Below, one piece after another: positions 25,409 through 38,489 of a stretch of DNA of 64,000 nucleotides. This DNA is from Eledone cirrhosa (Eukaryota): contig OZ024740.1 of assembly GCA_964016885.1 (NCBI GenBank), forward strand, positions 98,146,001 to 98,210,000, given 5' to 3'. Within the stretch, counting starts at the first letter, position 1, and every line of letters begins with the position of its first letter. The notes under the pieces were generated by a model. The model had not been told where the DNA came from and did no database searches. It saw nothing but the letters and a program-made list of their open reading frames with translations. The position numbers and the translations under genes were made by a program.

Positions 25409-25695
25409 TTTGAGAGATGGAAAAATTGAGAGAGGGCGCTTGCCCTGGTAGTCAGGGTGGCCGTGGTCTTTTGTGTGGTTTTCGCCATGAGTAACCATTG
25501 GAGGTTTCCCCCCTATTGGGGAATTTTTCATTGTTTCAATTTTCATTTTATTGTTTATATATATATATGTTTTATGTCTTTTTTCTTTTCTTATATAAAT
25601 AATAAAAATATTTACACGCACAAAACCCACATCGTACCGTCCTGTTCCGTCTGTGATGTTTTTCTTGATGTCAGCTCTTGTGGCTAATAAAGAAA

Positions 25696-25736
<41 letters not shown>

Positions 25737-27681
25737 CCATGTTTGCTTAGTTATTAGACATGTGATGACATTTAATCTTCCCATCAAGCCAAATGAATTC
25801 AGATGAAAAGTAATTTGTTCAAACTGTTCTCAGTTCCCAATAAAGCAGATTTTTTCAGACTAGTTATATTTGGTGAAATGGCAATTTGTCTGAAAAAAAA
25901 TAAACCAAAGGTTTGTTTATTTTTTGTTTTTTTCACAAAATGTCTCTAGATTATCTAATGTAAACTTACTTTTTTTAAGATTATTGAGTTTTATTTGATC
26001 TTGTATTGGCTGCTATTTCTAGCGTGTTGAGTGATCACATAAAGGCTTTCATATTGAGTGTATCTAAAGTGCTTGCTAATGTTGTTTAGCCCCAGCTCAA
26101 GCTCCTGCAATAATCAAAGGCATTCAAGCAGAGATCATCCTATCTTTTTGTATATCCGGACCCATATTGTCTAATATCATTGTTGTTACCTTTTGAATGC
26201 AACATTTCACAACTCCGCCAGTCTGGGCGAGTACTTTATTTTATCAACCCCAAAAGAATGAAAGACAAAAGTTGACTTCAGTATTATTTGAACTCAGAGT
26301 ACAGATATATGAAACAAATTGTAAAAAAACATTCTATTTGACACTAAAAACTCTTCCAATTCACTGTCTATGGTTACACAACTTAGATATCTCTGATAAC
26401 AACAGCAACAACTACAACAATAGGATTTTTCAACATATTTTTCACCTTTACTTTGAAAACAATTATTTCCTCATAGCTATTGGCAGCGCTTTCTTAGTTA
26501 TTTTGGAGTGATTTTCTCTGCATCTTTTTCAATGATGGTTGCTAGCTCATGCTGGGTAAATTTGATTTACAGCCTTCAGAAACACTTTCATTTCGTTCAA
26601 GAAGTTCTCTGCTCGAAGTGACAGAACTCATCTCTTATTACAGCATACAAACTTATCTCATTTCAGAAATTTTGTTTATCATGCTGGGTAAAGTTTGAAA
26701 CAGTTTCTAAGAAAATATTGGAAGATGTCAATCAAGTTTGTAGGTGAACTTTGTTGATATTTTTGTAGACCAAGGATTGTTTTTGAAAGTATATAAATAT
26801 TGATATTGATACACAAAGTAGACTAACTAGTATGGTTGATGGACTCGTTTTGAAGAGATTCATTTCATGGCAACAAGTTGAATGAATTACTAAGAAAAGT
26901 ATGAATCAAAAATTGAGGTTGACAAAGATATCTTACTAAGAAAAACAATATCATATTTACCTAATCTTGTGCTATTGTGCAAGTGTTTCGTCACCTACAT
27001 TAGTGAATAGTTCTTGCTGCAAAGCTAAAATATTTGCTTCACCACCAGATGAGTCCTTTATTCATCATTTAGCAATGGAGTACAACAGCACCTTCAGTAC
27101 AGACCCATGACAATTTCCATTTGCATATGTTATATTTGTCTATTTCCTCCTCTCTCTCATAGGTAGAGTCTTTCTGAACCTATATTTAACAGAAAGTTCT
27201 TTTAGCTTCCTTAACCTCATTCTCCAGATTTTCTCACATTTCATATTTCATCTAATTTTTTGACTTCACTAATAAGTAACTTATGTTAGGGAGTGTATGC
27301 TTCTGCTGGAAAGAACAGCATTGATTACGATTTCTTTATCCCACTTTCTAATGAGCAAGTGGGATAAAGAAATCTGTCTCATGTGTTCACCTGATTGGTA
27401 GGTGATCAAGTGACTTTAGTTTCCTGAAGTAAGTGTCGCAAATGGTTAAATCAGATACATCACCAAATTCTAGGAGCCTTGATTACACTCCATTTTTCTC
27501 AAGCTACATCCATAGACCCTGTGCAATTCAATGTAGCTATCATAATGTTGACCAACACATCCATTAAAGTCACCAGCCAGGATGAGGAAGTCATCTGTAA
27601 GAGCTCATAGAAACAATATTTTTGTTATTTACTTAGTCATGACTGTGGCACAAAAATAAAGGTAATAGTTACCATTCTTTT

Positions 27682-29120
27682 CATCATCATCATCATCATC
27701 ATCATCATCGTTTAACATCCGTGTTCCACGCTTGTATGGGTTTGGATGGGGGTTTTCCCACTTGAGGCAAGAGTGATTATCTTGCTCGTATAGGACTATC
27801 TGGCGGGTTTTCTACAGCTGGATGCCCTTCCTAACACCAACCACATTTACAGTGTGGGGCTGGGAGGTTTTTACCGTGTTGCCTACACGGCCACATTACA
27901 GCGTGAACTGTGTGTTTTTTGACGTGACACCTACATGATCTCATTTGTTTCGGCCTGGATGTTGTGGCACCAACATAACTTTACATTGAAAGGGGCGGTG
28001 TGGATGGGGTGGGGGTGGTGGGACGGGGGTGTATTTTGTTAGAGATGCCTACTGACTGTAGTAGGTTTTACTTTGTATTTAGGTAAGGCGAGTCTTCTCT
28101 ATTACTGAGTACCGCCAAAGGTCTCGGTCCAGTGACATTGTCTTGGTGAGGTCGGAATTTATCAGCTCGCCCCAGGTTTTTCTGGGTCTGCCTATTCCGT
28201 GGCTACCGTCTATCTTTATTGCCCTGCACTTTGTTATACAGCTATCGTCCTTCATGCGCATCACGTGTCCATACCAACGTAGCCTTCTCTCGAGTAAACA
28301 ACATCTGATCCCTCTTATTTCTAATTTTTTCCTTAGTTCGTTTATGCTTTGCCGTTCACGTATATTACTATTACACATCCAGCGGAGCATGCAAGCTTCG
28401 TTTCTCTCTAGTCTGCGTATATCCTCTGCACACAATGCCCAGGTCTCACTGCCATGCAACATTGCTGTTCGTATGCAGGCATCGTACAACCTGCCTTTCA
28501 TTTTTAGGGAGAACCCTTTAGCGGCTAATAGTGGTATAAGCTCTCTGAACTTTTTCCATCCAGTTCTGACTCTAGCTACTGTACTTTCAGAGCACCCTCC
28601 CCCACTGCTGATTTTGTCACCCAGGTAACGGAAGCTGTCCACTATTTCTATAGAACCCTCTGCGCAGTTGAAAGAGCTAGTATTTAGTGGGCACTTGCTG
28701 CTACTTATTGCACCAGAGTACCGGCCACATGTAAAATCTATGTTCTTAGTTAGCTTACCTGTGATCCCACTACATCTTTTATGCACCCATACTTTGCATT
28801 TGGGACACAAAATGGAGTTTCTACCTACGCCTTTCATACAGACTGAGCATGGCCACTTCCCGGAAGGGACCGCCGCCTTACTTTCTTTCTTACAAACTAG
28901 AACTTTAGTCTTAGCCAGGTTAATTTTAAGGCCTTTTGATTCTAGGCCGTGCTTCCATGTTTGGAATTTCTTCTCTAGCTCGGCCATTGATTCAGCTATG
29001 AGTGTTAGGTCATCTGCGTATAGGAGTTCCCATGGGCAACCGATCTTGAACTCCTCTGTTATAGCCTGAAGGGCAATAATAAATAGTAGGGAGCTGAGAA
29101 CAGAGCCCTGATGGACGCCA
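27682..29120 (-). mobile_element. RTE-clade LINE, 5'-truncated
   Basis: ORF 28079-28987 nearly identical to the C-terminus of the 35135-38110 ORF; shared 3' UTR; (ATG)n tail. Confidence 0.92.
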
Positions 29121-29367
29121 ATTTTTGTGTATGAATATTCTAAATGTGATAATTCTGTCCATATCTAAATTCAAACCTTCCATCAAAATGTTATGTAAAA
29201 ACTTTGTCATGTTCTTAACACCAAATTAATGAAAAGTTATTTGCCTAAAACTTTCCAAATTCATCATTATTTTCAAACTTAATTGAAGCAAATTCAAAGT
29301 ATTTCATTAAAAAATATGGTAATTTGAGGTTAAGTTCGTTGACAGTTTCTTTAAACAGTTTCACACA

Positions 29368-29462
29368 TAATTGTTTCTACTTTTGGCACAAGGCCACCAA
29401 TTATCCCAGTGTATTACTGGTACTTTATTTTATCGACTCCGTAAAGATGAAAGGCAAAGTTA
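29368..29462 (-). mobile_element. SINE S1 3' fragment
   Basis: TGTTTCTACTTTTGGCACAAGGCC...ACTGGTACTTTATTTTATCGAC. Confidence 0.8.
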
Positions 29463-32400
29463 ACAAAAGGAAAGATAACAGTTATTTTCAAAATGTTAAT
29501 ATAGCTAATCACTGGTAAGAAATTTAATCTGAATTCTTATACATGGCACTCTTTAATTCAGCCCTCCATAATCTGACAATAGTCTTGGTTTGGCATATCT
29601 TCAAATTTTTAGTTTTAGATTTGATGCTATACAAAATAACAGCATACCTAAACATGTTTGGGAGCATAATTATTTGTTCAAGCTTTGATATGTCATCAAT
29701 ATATAAATGGAAAGAGATGCCCACACTAGTACTTTTTAGACTTTTTTGGTGCTTTTAAGAAACTGTGTACCCCCTTTTCATCTGTGCACAACAAATTATA
29801 TACATAGTCAGAATAATTAAATACTGCTTTTTTTGTAGTTAGATCAATTAATTAATTATGAAAGCATTAAGCAATGTGTTTAGTTAACAGAAAAGTATTA
29901 TAACATATTTTATGCATTTTATTTAATTTTTTTAGCTACCAGCCAGCAATGGATAATTTTCTTTGCCATTAAAACCTTTAAAGCATAAACTTAGTGCACT
30001 TTATCATACAATCAACACCAGAGAGACTTCTGTCAGGATGAAATATCCTTTCTACACTGTGGTAGTTTTTATTGAGTTACAACTCTAGTAGATGGGTTGT
30101 TTTCAATGCAGTTTGCAGAATCTACATCTCTCTCACAGAAGTTTGAAATGCCTCTCAGCTATTGAGTGTGCTCACAGTTTGGAAGTGGAAGGGGTAAAAA
30201 AAATCAGGGAATTTTGAAAAGAAGAGGGAAATTTTTAGTAGACTGGTGGATGTACTTCAAGTATGTAGCTGGCTAAGAGGGGTTTGAGAAGCTTACAGTA
30301 GATTTCTATATATCCACTAGAATAATCTAATATAGTTTTCATTACCTTTGATGTATAGTTAATATTTCCCTTTGATATAAGAGAGCACATTTTACTTTGT
30401 TGTTCATCAATTTTTAATACAAACCACACATGATGTCACAAATTTCTTCAAAATGTGAGGCAAAACAAGTGACTGATTTTAGTTCAACAGCAGCAGCTGA
30501 GATGAATAATCACAATAACATCAAAATATACCCCTGAAACATCTAAATACTCCAAACTGGATTGTAGTTAATATTTCATATTTTTTATGTAGTGCATTTG
30601 GTGTCCATTTCTCCTATCTGTATAGGACAAAAACCCGTAGCACCGATTACCTATTGAGTCAAAATACACTCTCAGTGATTAAATATCTCATTCAGGAGCT
30701 AACATTGCATTGCTTAGGTAAATATATATGTATGTATATATGCATATAATCATATACATACAGACAGATGCATACACATACACACACAATGTAGAATCTT
30801 TCTCCTCTCATTTATTGATAAGTTCTTCCTCGGTAGAAACATAATAGTTTAATAACAAACATGGTGCACTTCCTTTTGATCTCCAGATCATTGTGATTGA
30901 AGCATGTGTCTTTGGATCTGGCCTGTAGCTAGTAAGAGTTCAGCAGTTGAACAATATCTAACAACACAATACATGCCAATGCAAGAAGCAAAGCACATGA
31001 TAACCTAAGGAAATAACGAGGAATTTAATATATATGGTTTTGTCTGGTATAACTGCCATTGGACTTATGTGGATATTTTTTCATTTATTTTTTGTTACTT
31101 GATAAACAATGCAGAACAAATGGGAAATCTGAAGAAAGGGGTGAAAAAAAAAACCCAGAAGCGAAAACAAAAAATAGCAATCATAAAAATGTTGAAACCT
31201 ATATTGCATTACTGATAACAGAATATATCATGTAAAATTAATTATCTATCCCACTTCTGTATAAAACAAATCTGATTTTATTATATAACTATTAGATATC
31301 AGTGATGAAGTATGGTAACCTGAAAGACACAACTCTAATTCATACAGAATACATATGAAATAATTCTTATGTTTATGCTTTATGTCAACCAACATAGGAG
31401 AAAGAAATCAATTTTGCCAGTGACTTAATTACATTAATCTATGACAGATGTCTTGTATTCATAATATGTTGTTTCAGCTTAGGCTCATATGTTCGTGTTC
31501 AGTTTTAGAATTTCACTATTTATTAAAACAATTTTCATTTGCTCTCTCTGACTGGAAAGTTTTCTGTAATTTTATTATCGAAATGAAAGTGTTAATAAAT
31601 CATCAAAATAGGAAAATCAGTTTGTATTGATGTATGAAATTACTTCAGCAAATCATATATTATTGGATTTTATTGCATGGATCATATAGGAATAATATTA
31701 CCAGAGAAATTACTTTGAAATATGTTTTTCTTTTTATTGTATCATGGTAACACATAGTTCAAGCAAGTTCAGAAGGCAAAGGTCATTGTAAGACTAGTAG
31801 AAAAACAGAATGGGACATATGCTGAGAGTGTGAGTGACATTTGAGTTATGATAAAGAATTACTATTGTTTTGTTTATGACAACAAAATTGCAATAAAGAA
31901 TTACTATTGTTGCACTTATTGTTTTGCTTTAAGACAACAAAGATCCAGCACACTTACTTTCCAAGGAATTCTAACCATAAATATTTTATCATACTTTTCC
32001 AGATATAGTAGTTGTTTTTTGTTGTTAATTTTTACTAGTGTAAGAGTATCTTGCATGACCTTTTATAACTTCTGAAACTAGTTGTGGAAGTAAGGAAATA
32101 TCTTTAGACTGAGTACCTGGTCTGAATGCTACACAACAGAAAGGTCATTTCCAAAGACACCCAAATACCAGACAGCTGTATTAAACCAGATAATGGATGA
32201 AGCTTATCACAAAGGAACATGTAGTCTTTCCAAAAGATTTCTGCAAGTTTCCATTTACCTCACATGTCTTGATACGAAGCCATGACAGAATTAACAAATC
32301 TACAGTGCAACATGATGGAATTGAAACTATAGCCATTTAATTAGAAAGAAAACTTCTTAACCACATGGAAAAATCTGTACCCATAGTGTATCTAGAACTA

Positions 32401-32889
32401 AGTGGATATTGGGATTTTTTTATATGTAGGATTACATTATCCCCTATATCCATTTATTTTTAAGATCATCTAGATTGTTTTTATGGAGATGTGACTGATA
32501 ATTCTAAAAGGCCAAGTAAATATGTAGACACTCTCTCTGTTCATGAGATGAAATGTTTATTGAACAGGTAAATTATTTTTTTCTTAAATACTTTCCAATA
32601 GGTCGGTGAGAGCAATACGTTTTTCATTTTAAGTATGATATAAAATGATTCCAAATTAAATTACCAAAACAAGAATTCCATGGGTTAATAGGTGCATTTT
32701 GAAAAGTATCTTACTTTCATATAATGTATATTAGATACATCAGTTTGAAATAACTCCTGTATCTAAATATTTAAAAACCTCCTAAATGTCAGAAAGGAAA
32801 ATAGAAAACAGTGCTTGTTGCTGCTTGCAAAGTTAAATATTAAATCATCATCATAATCATTTTTAGATATGTTTTTTCCCTTTTTGCTT

Positions 32890-33300
32890 GAGTTTAACAG
32901 GTCTTTATCACCAGACCTTCTCTCCACTTGTTGCATCCCTTTGTCTTTCCTTTATCAGATTCAGCATTTTTGGATCAGCTCTCACCACTTCTACCAAGGC
33001 TTTCCTTGCTCTTTCTCTACCGCAGTTTCCCTTTACTGGAAACGAGTACAGTCTTCTATCTTGTATATTACATTTGTTTTATCTTATGCTCACTTTCTCT
33101 CTAAATTCATCCATGCTTTGCCATTCATACACATTAACATCACACATCCATTGAAGCATGCTTGCTTCATTTCTCTCCAGCCTTCACATAACCCCTCCAT
33201 GTACTACCTACATTTCACTTCCATGCAAGGCAACTTTTGTAACAGAAGCTACCAACTACATCTAAGGAGCTTCCATGGGATTGAAAATGTTTATTTCACT
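32890..33300 (-). mobile_element. Degenerate RTE-like 3' fragment
   Basis: Patchy similarity to the RTE C-terminal region at 28150-28500. Confidence 0.5.
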
Positions 33301-33337
33301 GGGGATCTCTCACATACAAAGTCTACTCTTACTATTA

Positions 33338-33983
33338 GCTATCTATTTAAAGCTGTATATAGCTATGGTGCGACCACACTTAGAATTTGCATCACCAGTC
33401 TGGAACCCCTATCTTGCACAGAACATTGACCGCCTGGAAGCTGTTCAGAGATGTGCAACCAAGCGAATACCCTCCATCAGGCATCTACCATACTCTGAAT
33501 GCCTTGCTTCTCTGGGCATGAATACATTGAAGATCCGATGTCTGGCAACTGACTTGGCAAACACCCACAAAATTATTAACAATCTTGCCAACAACAACCC
33601 TGAGTACCTTTTTGATTTCCATGTGTCTAACACACGTCGGTATGCCCACAAAATCAGAAAACAGCACAGCTCCCATGACTTTCGGAAACATTTTTTCACG
33701 CTCAGAATTGCTGAAGCATGGAACAAACTCCCTGCATCAGTTATTAGCTGTCGAAACACTGCATCCTTTAAAACCTCCATGCTTCCTGAGATTTGCCAAC
33801 ACTACACCTAATATTTGGCCTCCATACACATACACACATGTATATCATGACTCATACACTATTCACTTCCTTGACATTTGTATATTATTCTATGTACTAT
33901 ACATGTACCTTTGACGAGTTGTAGTGCACCTGAACACTGTACACAATAATTTCATTATTGATATTATTATTTTCATTATTATT
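33338..33983 (+). mobile_element. CR1-clade LINE 3' fragment
   Basis: LY.AMVRPHLEFASPVWNP, LEAVQR.ATK and FF..RIAEAWNKLP motifs; TTA tail; homologous to 46400-47040. Confidence 0.9.
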
Positions 33984-34738
33984 AGTGAGGTTAATTATTT
34001 AAACATCACTACAGGATAGAAGGTGAGGTGATAGTTACAAAGGCCTACAATAAGTCTAAGGATTTTAGCTTTAGGGTGGTTTGGATACCATTTGCATCTA
34101 GTTGTACACCAATATCCTTAATATATTACATGTTTTCTAGCCAAGTTATATGCTGTGGTAAAGTAAGTAGCCAGATGAATGTTTTTGTGGAAGTAGTGAA
34201 TAAACTTTTAAAACAAATGGTAGGACAGGAGTACAAACAGAAATTTCTAATACAGCATTTTAGTAGGTGCCTTGGCACTAATAGGAGTGTTTGGGGAAAA
34301 TTTGGTGTGTCTTTCTAGTTTACAAATGAGATGCATAGGGCTTTGAAATTTAGCTTATTTGCTTTAAGGTAGTAGAAGCTTAAGAAGAGGGCATCTGTAG
34401 TTTTTTCACAGGCATGTAACCAAATTGCAATCTCATCTATTTTGATTCTTTCCCTAATTAACTGCAATATAACTCTTTCTGTCACTTTCATAACTTGGTC
34501 TATTAGTTTTATTCCTCTATAGTTGCTCTTCTCTAAAGTATCACCTTTTCCCTTGTATCAATTTATGATTATACTGTTGCACCAGTCATTGGGTATTACT
34601 TGATTTACTCTACGGGTTACTAGTTTGACTCCTACCTCCCCTGATTATTTTAGCACCTCAGCAACAACTTTTGATGGTCCCTTGCAAGCAGGGAAAAAGC
34701 GGACGTAAAATGAAATGAAAATAATGATATACACACAT

Positions 34739-37700
34739 ATCATCATCATCATCATCAACGTTTAACGTCCGTGTTCCACGCTTGCATGGGTTTGGACGGG
34801 GGTAGTCCCACTTGAGGCAAGAGTGATTGTCTTGCTCGCATAGGACTGTCTGGCAGGTTTTCTACAGTTGGATGCCCTTCCTAACACCAACCACATTTAC
34901 AGTGTGGGTCTGGGAGGTTTTTACCGTGTTGCCTACACGGCCACATTACAGCGTGGACTGTGTGTTTTTTTGTCGTGACACCTACACGATCTCATTTGTT
35001 TCGGCCTGGATGGCGCGGCACCAACATAACTTTACATAGAACGGGGTGGTGTGGATGGGGTGGGGGTGGTGGTGGTGGGACGGGGTGTATTTTGTTAGAG
35101 ATGCCTACTGGCTGGAGTAGGTTTTACTATATATTTAGGTAAGGCGGGTCTTCTCTGTTACTGAGTACCGCCAAAGGTCTCGGTCCAGTGACATTGTCTT
35201 GGAGAGGTGTAAGTGTGTGATGTCGGAGTTTATCAGCTCGTCCCAGGTTTTTCTAGGTCTGCCTATTCCGTGACTACCGTCTATCTTTATTGCCCTGCAC
35301 TTTGTTATACAGCTATCGACTTTCATGCGCATCACGTGTCCATACCAACGTAGCCTTCTCTCGAGTAAACAACATCTGATCCCTCTTATCTCTAATTCTT
35401 TCCTTAGTTCGTTTATGCTTTGCCGTTCACGTATATTACTGTTACACATCCAGCGGAGCATGCAAGCTTCGTTCCTCTCTAGTCTGCGTATATCCTCTGC
35501 ACACAATGCCCAGGTTTCACTGCCATGCAGCATTGCTGTTCGTATGCAGGCATCGTACAACCTGCCTTTCATTTTTAGGGAGAACCCTTTAGCAGCTAAT
35601 AGTGGTATAAGCTCTCTGAACTTTTTCCAACCAGTTCTGACTCTAGCTACAGTACTTTCAGAGCACCCTCCCCCACTGCTGATTTTATCGCCCAGGTAAC
35701 GGAAGCTGTCCACTATTTCTATAGAACCCTCTGCGCAATTGAAAGAGCTAGTATTTAGTGGGCACTTGCTGCTACTTATTGCACCAGAACACCGGCCACA
35801 TGTAAAATCTATGTTCTTAGTTAGCTTACCTGTGATCCCACTACATCTTTTATGCACCCATACTTTGCATTTAGGACATAATATGGAGTTTCTACCTACG
35901 CCTTTCCTACACACCGAGCACGACCATTTCCCAGAAGGGATCGCCGCCTTGTTTTCTTTCCTACAAACTAGAACTTTGGTCTTAGCCAGGTTAATTTTAA
36001 GTCCTTTTGACTCTAGGCCGTGCTTCCATGTTTGGAATTTCTTCTCTAGCTCGGCCATTGATTCCGCTATGAGTGTCAGGTCGTCTGCGTATAGGAGTTC
36101 CCATGGGCAGCCTGTCTTGAACTCCTCTGTTATAGCCTGAAGGGCAATAATAAATAGTAGGGGGCTGAGAACAGAGCCCTGATGGACGCCAACTTTTACG
36201 CTAAACTCTTCACTATATTCGTTGTTAATTCTAACCTTGCTGACTGTTTCTTTATACATGGCTTGTATAGCCCTCACAAGCCATTCGTCAACGCCTAGTT
36301 TTCTAAGAGCCCACCAGATAATGGAGCGGGGGACTCTGTCGAAGGCTTTCTCCAAGTCGACAAAAGCTAAGTAGAGGGGTTTACGTTTAGCTAGGTACTT
36401 CTCCTGTAGTTGTCGTACTATGAAAAGAGCGTCTGTGGTACTTTTGCCTGACACAAACCCGAACTGCATTTCATCTAGGTCAATTCTCTCTCTGATTAGT
36501 TGCGCTATTACTTTTTCCGTGACCTTCATGACCTGGTCGATTAATTTAATGCCTCTATAGTTACTCCTATCTAGGGCGTCTCCTTTACCCTTATAACAGT
36601 TAACGATGATGCTGCTATGCCAGTCCTTCGGAACAACCCCATTCTGTACGACTTGGTTAACTATGCGGGTGACCATGGTGTGTCCCACCGTGCCAGATGC
36701 CTTCAGCATCTCAGCAACTATTTCCGAAGGCCCAGCCGCCTTACCCGTCTTCATATCCTTGATTGCCTTACTTATTATACTCCCCTCGACTAACACTGCT
36801 GGTCCCTCTATTGGGTCGATATGGGGGAGACTGTCTTTCTCCCATTTATTCTCCTCATTTAGTAGCCTTTCATAGTGACACTTCCAAGCTACCTTCTTAT
36901 CAGCGTTGGTGATGGCAAGTGTGCCATCGTCGTTTAGTACACACTTCTCCCCAACAATATCACGGTTTTCCTTGACGCATTGCCTAGCAATCCTGAACAC
37001 CTCACGTTTTTGGTCATCGCGTTGTAGAACATGCTTGAACTTTCTTTCCTCAGCTTCCCTTCTTGCTAAGTACACTTGTCTCCTAGCTTCCCTCCTGGCC
37101 ACTTGATAGTCTTCTCTACTTCCCCCATCCCGCCATACTCTCCAAGCCTGCTTTTTGGCCTTAATTGACCCCTCCACCTTACTGTTCCACCACCATGTTA
37201 CTCTCCTCCTGCCTACAGGCCTGCTCCAGCCACAGACTTCGTCTGTCGCCAACAGCAGGTTTGCTTTCAGAAATTCCCACTCTCCCTCTATATTGTCCGA
37301 CTCTAAATGTTCTTCCTTACTGTCGAAAGCATCAAGTAATATGCTTTGAAATTTATTCCTGGTTGTGGGGTCCTTTAGATTCCATATTTTTCTCCTGAGG
37401 ATAGTCCTCTTCTGCTGTCGAGTACGTCTCGTCCTGACTATGAGGTCGCTAATTATCAGTCTATGTTGGGAGGTGCATTCTTCATGGGGGAGGGATTTAG
37501 TGTTTACAACAGACACTCTGTCACGTCTTATGGTAAGGATATAATCTACCTGGCTTGTGTGTTCCCCGGATCTATAGGTGATCAGGTGATTGTCACATTT
37601 TTTGAAGTTAGTGTTACAGATAGTTAGGTTATTTGCATCACAGAATTCCAGGATTCTGGAGCCTTCCTCATTTCTAGTACCAAACCCATAGCCTCCATGG

Positions 37701-38117
37701 ATTTCGTCGTAGCCGTCACAATGTTGTCCAACGTGACCATTTAGGTCGCCTGCAATAATTATATAGTCACTGTCGGATATTTGGGAGGTAGTTAGCATCA
37801 GTGTCTCATAGAATCTGTCTTTTATAGTGCCGGGCAGTCCGGATTGGGGTGCGTACGTAGATATTACTGTCACCGTAGTTCTATTGAGGACAAGTCGTAT
37901 TTTAATTATTCTGTCGTTCACTCTATTTACATCTATTATCTTATCTGCCCACTTTTCTGCTACCATGATTCCTACTCCACCCAGCCCATCGTCGTTTCCC
38001 ACCCAGAAAAGCTTATAACATCGTTTTTTACCCTCAATGAACCTAGCAGACCCACCCTTCCACCTGATCTCTTGAATACAACAAACATCGACCTCCTTAC
38101 GTTCAAGCATTTCTACA
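34739..38117 (-). mobile_element. RTE-clade LINE, near full length, 5' end lost at (TA)n
   Basis: Single APE-RT ORF, 3' UTR and (ATG)n tail. Confidence 0.95.
35135..38110 (-). CDS. RTE endonuclease-reverse transcriptase (about 991 aa, uninterrupted; N-terminus truncated)
   Basis: APE (IQE, YAP, GDLN, QVDY, SQH), RT (NYRGI, DLEKAFDRVP, GVHQGSVLSP, YADD) and an inserted Cys-rich PHD-like finger. Confidence 0.9.
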   Translation of the reverse strand: MLERKEVDVCCIQEIRWKGGSARFIEGKKRCYKLFWVGNDDGLGGVGIMVAEKWADKIIDVNRVNDRIIKIRLVLNRTTVTVISTYAPQSGLPGTIKDRFYETLMLTTSQISDSDYIIIAGDLNGHVGQHCDGYDEIHGGYGFGTRNEEGSRILEFCDANNLTICNTNFKKCDNHLITYRSGEHTSQVDYILTIRRDRVSVVNTKSLPHEECTSQHRLIISDLIVRTRRTRQQKRTILRRKIWNLKDPTTRNKFQSILLDAFDSKEEHLESDNIEGEWEFLKANLLLATDEVCGWSRPVGRRRVTWWWNSKVEGSIKAKKQAWRVWRDGGSREDYQVARREARRQVYLARREAEERKFKHVLQRDDQKREVFRIARQCVKENRDIVGEKCVLNDDGTLAITNADKKVAWKCHYERLLNEENKWEKDSLPHIDPIEGPAVLVEGSIISKAIKDMKTGKAAGPSEIVAEMLKASGTVGHTMVTRIVNQVVQNGVVPKDWHSSIIVNCYKGKGDALDRSNYRGIKLIDQVMKVTEKVIAQLIRERIDLDEMQFGFVSGKSTTDALFIVRQLQEKYLAKRKPLYLAFVDLEKAFDRVPRSIIWWALRKLGVDEWLVRAIQAMYKETVSKVRINNEYSEEFSVKVGVHQGSVLSPLLFIIALQAITEEFKTGCPWELLYADDLTLIAESMAELEKKFQTWKHGLESKGLKINLAKTKVLVCRKENKAAIPSGKWSCSVCRKGVGRNSILCPKCKVWVHKRCSGITGKLTKNIDFTCGRCSGAISSSKCPLNTSSFNCAEGSIEIVDSFRYLGDKISSGGGCSESTVARVRTGWKKFRELIPLLAAKGFSLKMKGRLYDACIRTAMLHGSETWALCAEDIRRLERNEACMLRWMCNSNIRERQSINELRKELEIRGIRCCLLERRLRWYGHVMRMKVDSCITKCRAIKIDGSHGIGRPRKTWDELINSDITHLHLSKTMSLDRDLWRYSVTEKTRLT

Positions 38118-38119
38118 AT

Positions 38120-38208
<89 letters not shown>

Positions 38209-38210
38209 AT
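38118..38210. repeat. (TA)n microsatellite
   Basis: Direct observation. Confidence 0.95.
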
Positions 38211-38329
38211 ATTGTATATACATACATATCGACAGTCAATCAACTTTCGCCAAATCAGACGAGGGAAACAATGTTTCCATTGGTCTTTCCAATTGCCAAC
38301 ACTATCTATCGGTTGCAACTCTAGGTAGA

Positions 38330-38437
38330 AAGAGCAACATGAAATAAAGTGTCTTGCTCAAGGATATAACGCATCACCCGGTCCAAGAATAAAACTCACA
38401 ATCTCATGATTGTGAATTCGACCACTCAGCCACACAC
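38330..38437 (-). mobile_element. tRNA-derived SINE family S2 (CORE-like CCTTGAGCAAGACACTT)
   Basis: Minus strand GTGGCTGAGTGG...CCTTGAGCAAGACACTTTATTTCA; related to copies at 54863, 56723 and 60198. Confidence 0.7.
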
Positions 38438-38445
38438 TTTCATAT

Positions 38446-38489
<44 letters not shown>

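Larger units (their letters stand above)
20193..25733 (+). mobile_element. Tx1/L1-clade LINE, copy E (both ends present, internal RT deletion)
   Basis: Starts after (ATT)n; ORF1 and ORF2; 3' UTR similar to copy A; AATAAA at 25686; (ATT)n 25698-25733. Confidence 0.92.

Noticed and set aside
30626-30717. Possible plus-strand exon (AG...GT with one open frame)
   Set aside because: Short, no recognisable protein and no supporting neighbouring exons
38111-38239. N-terminal extension of the 1034-aa RTE ORF
   Set aside because: Frame stays open only through (TA)n; not part of the element
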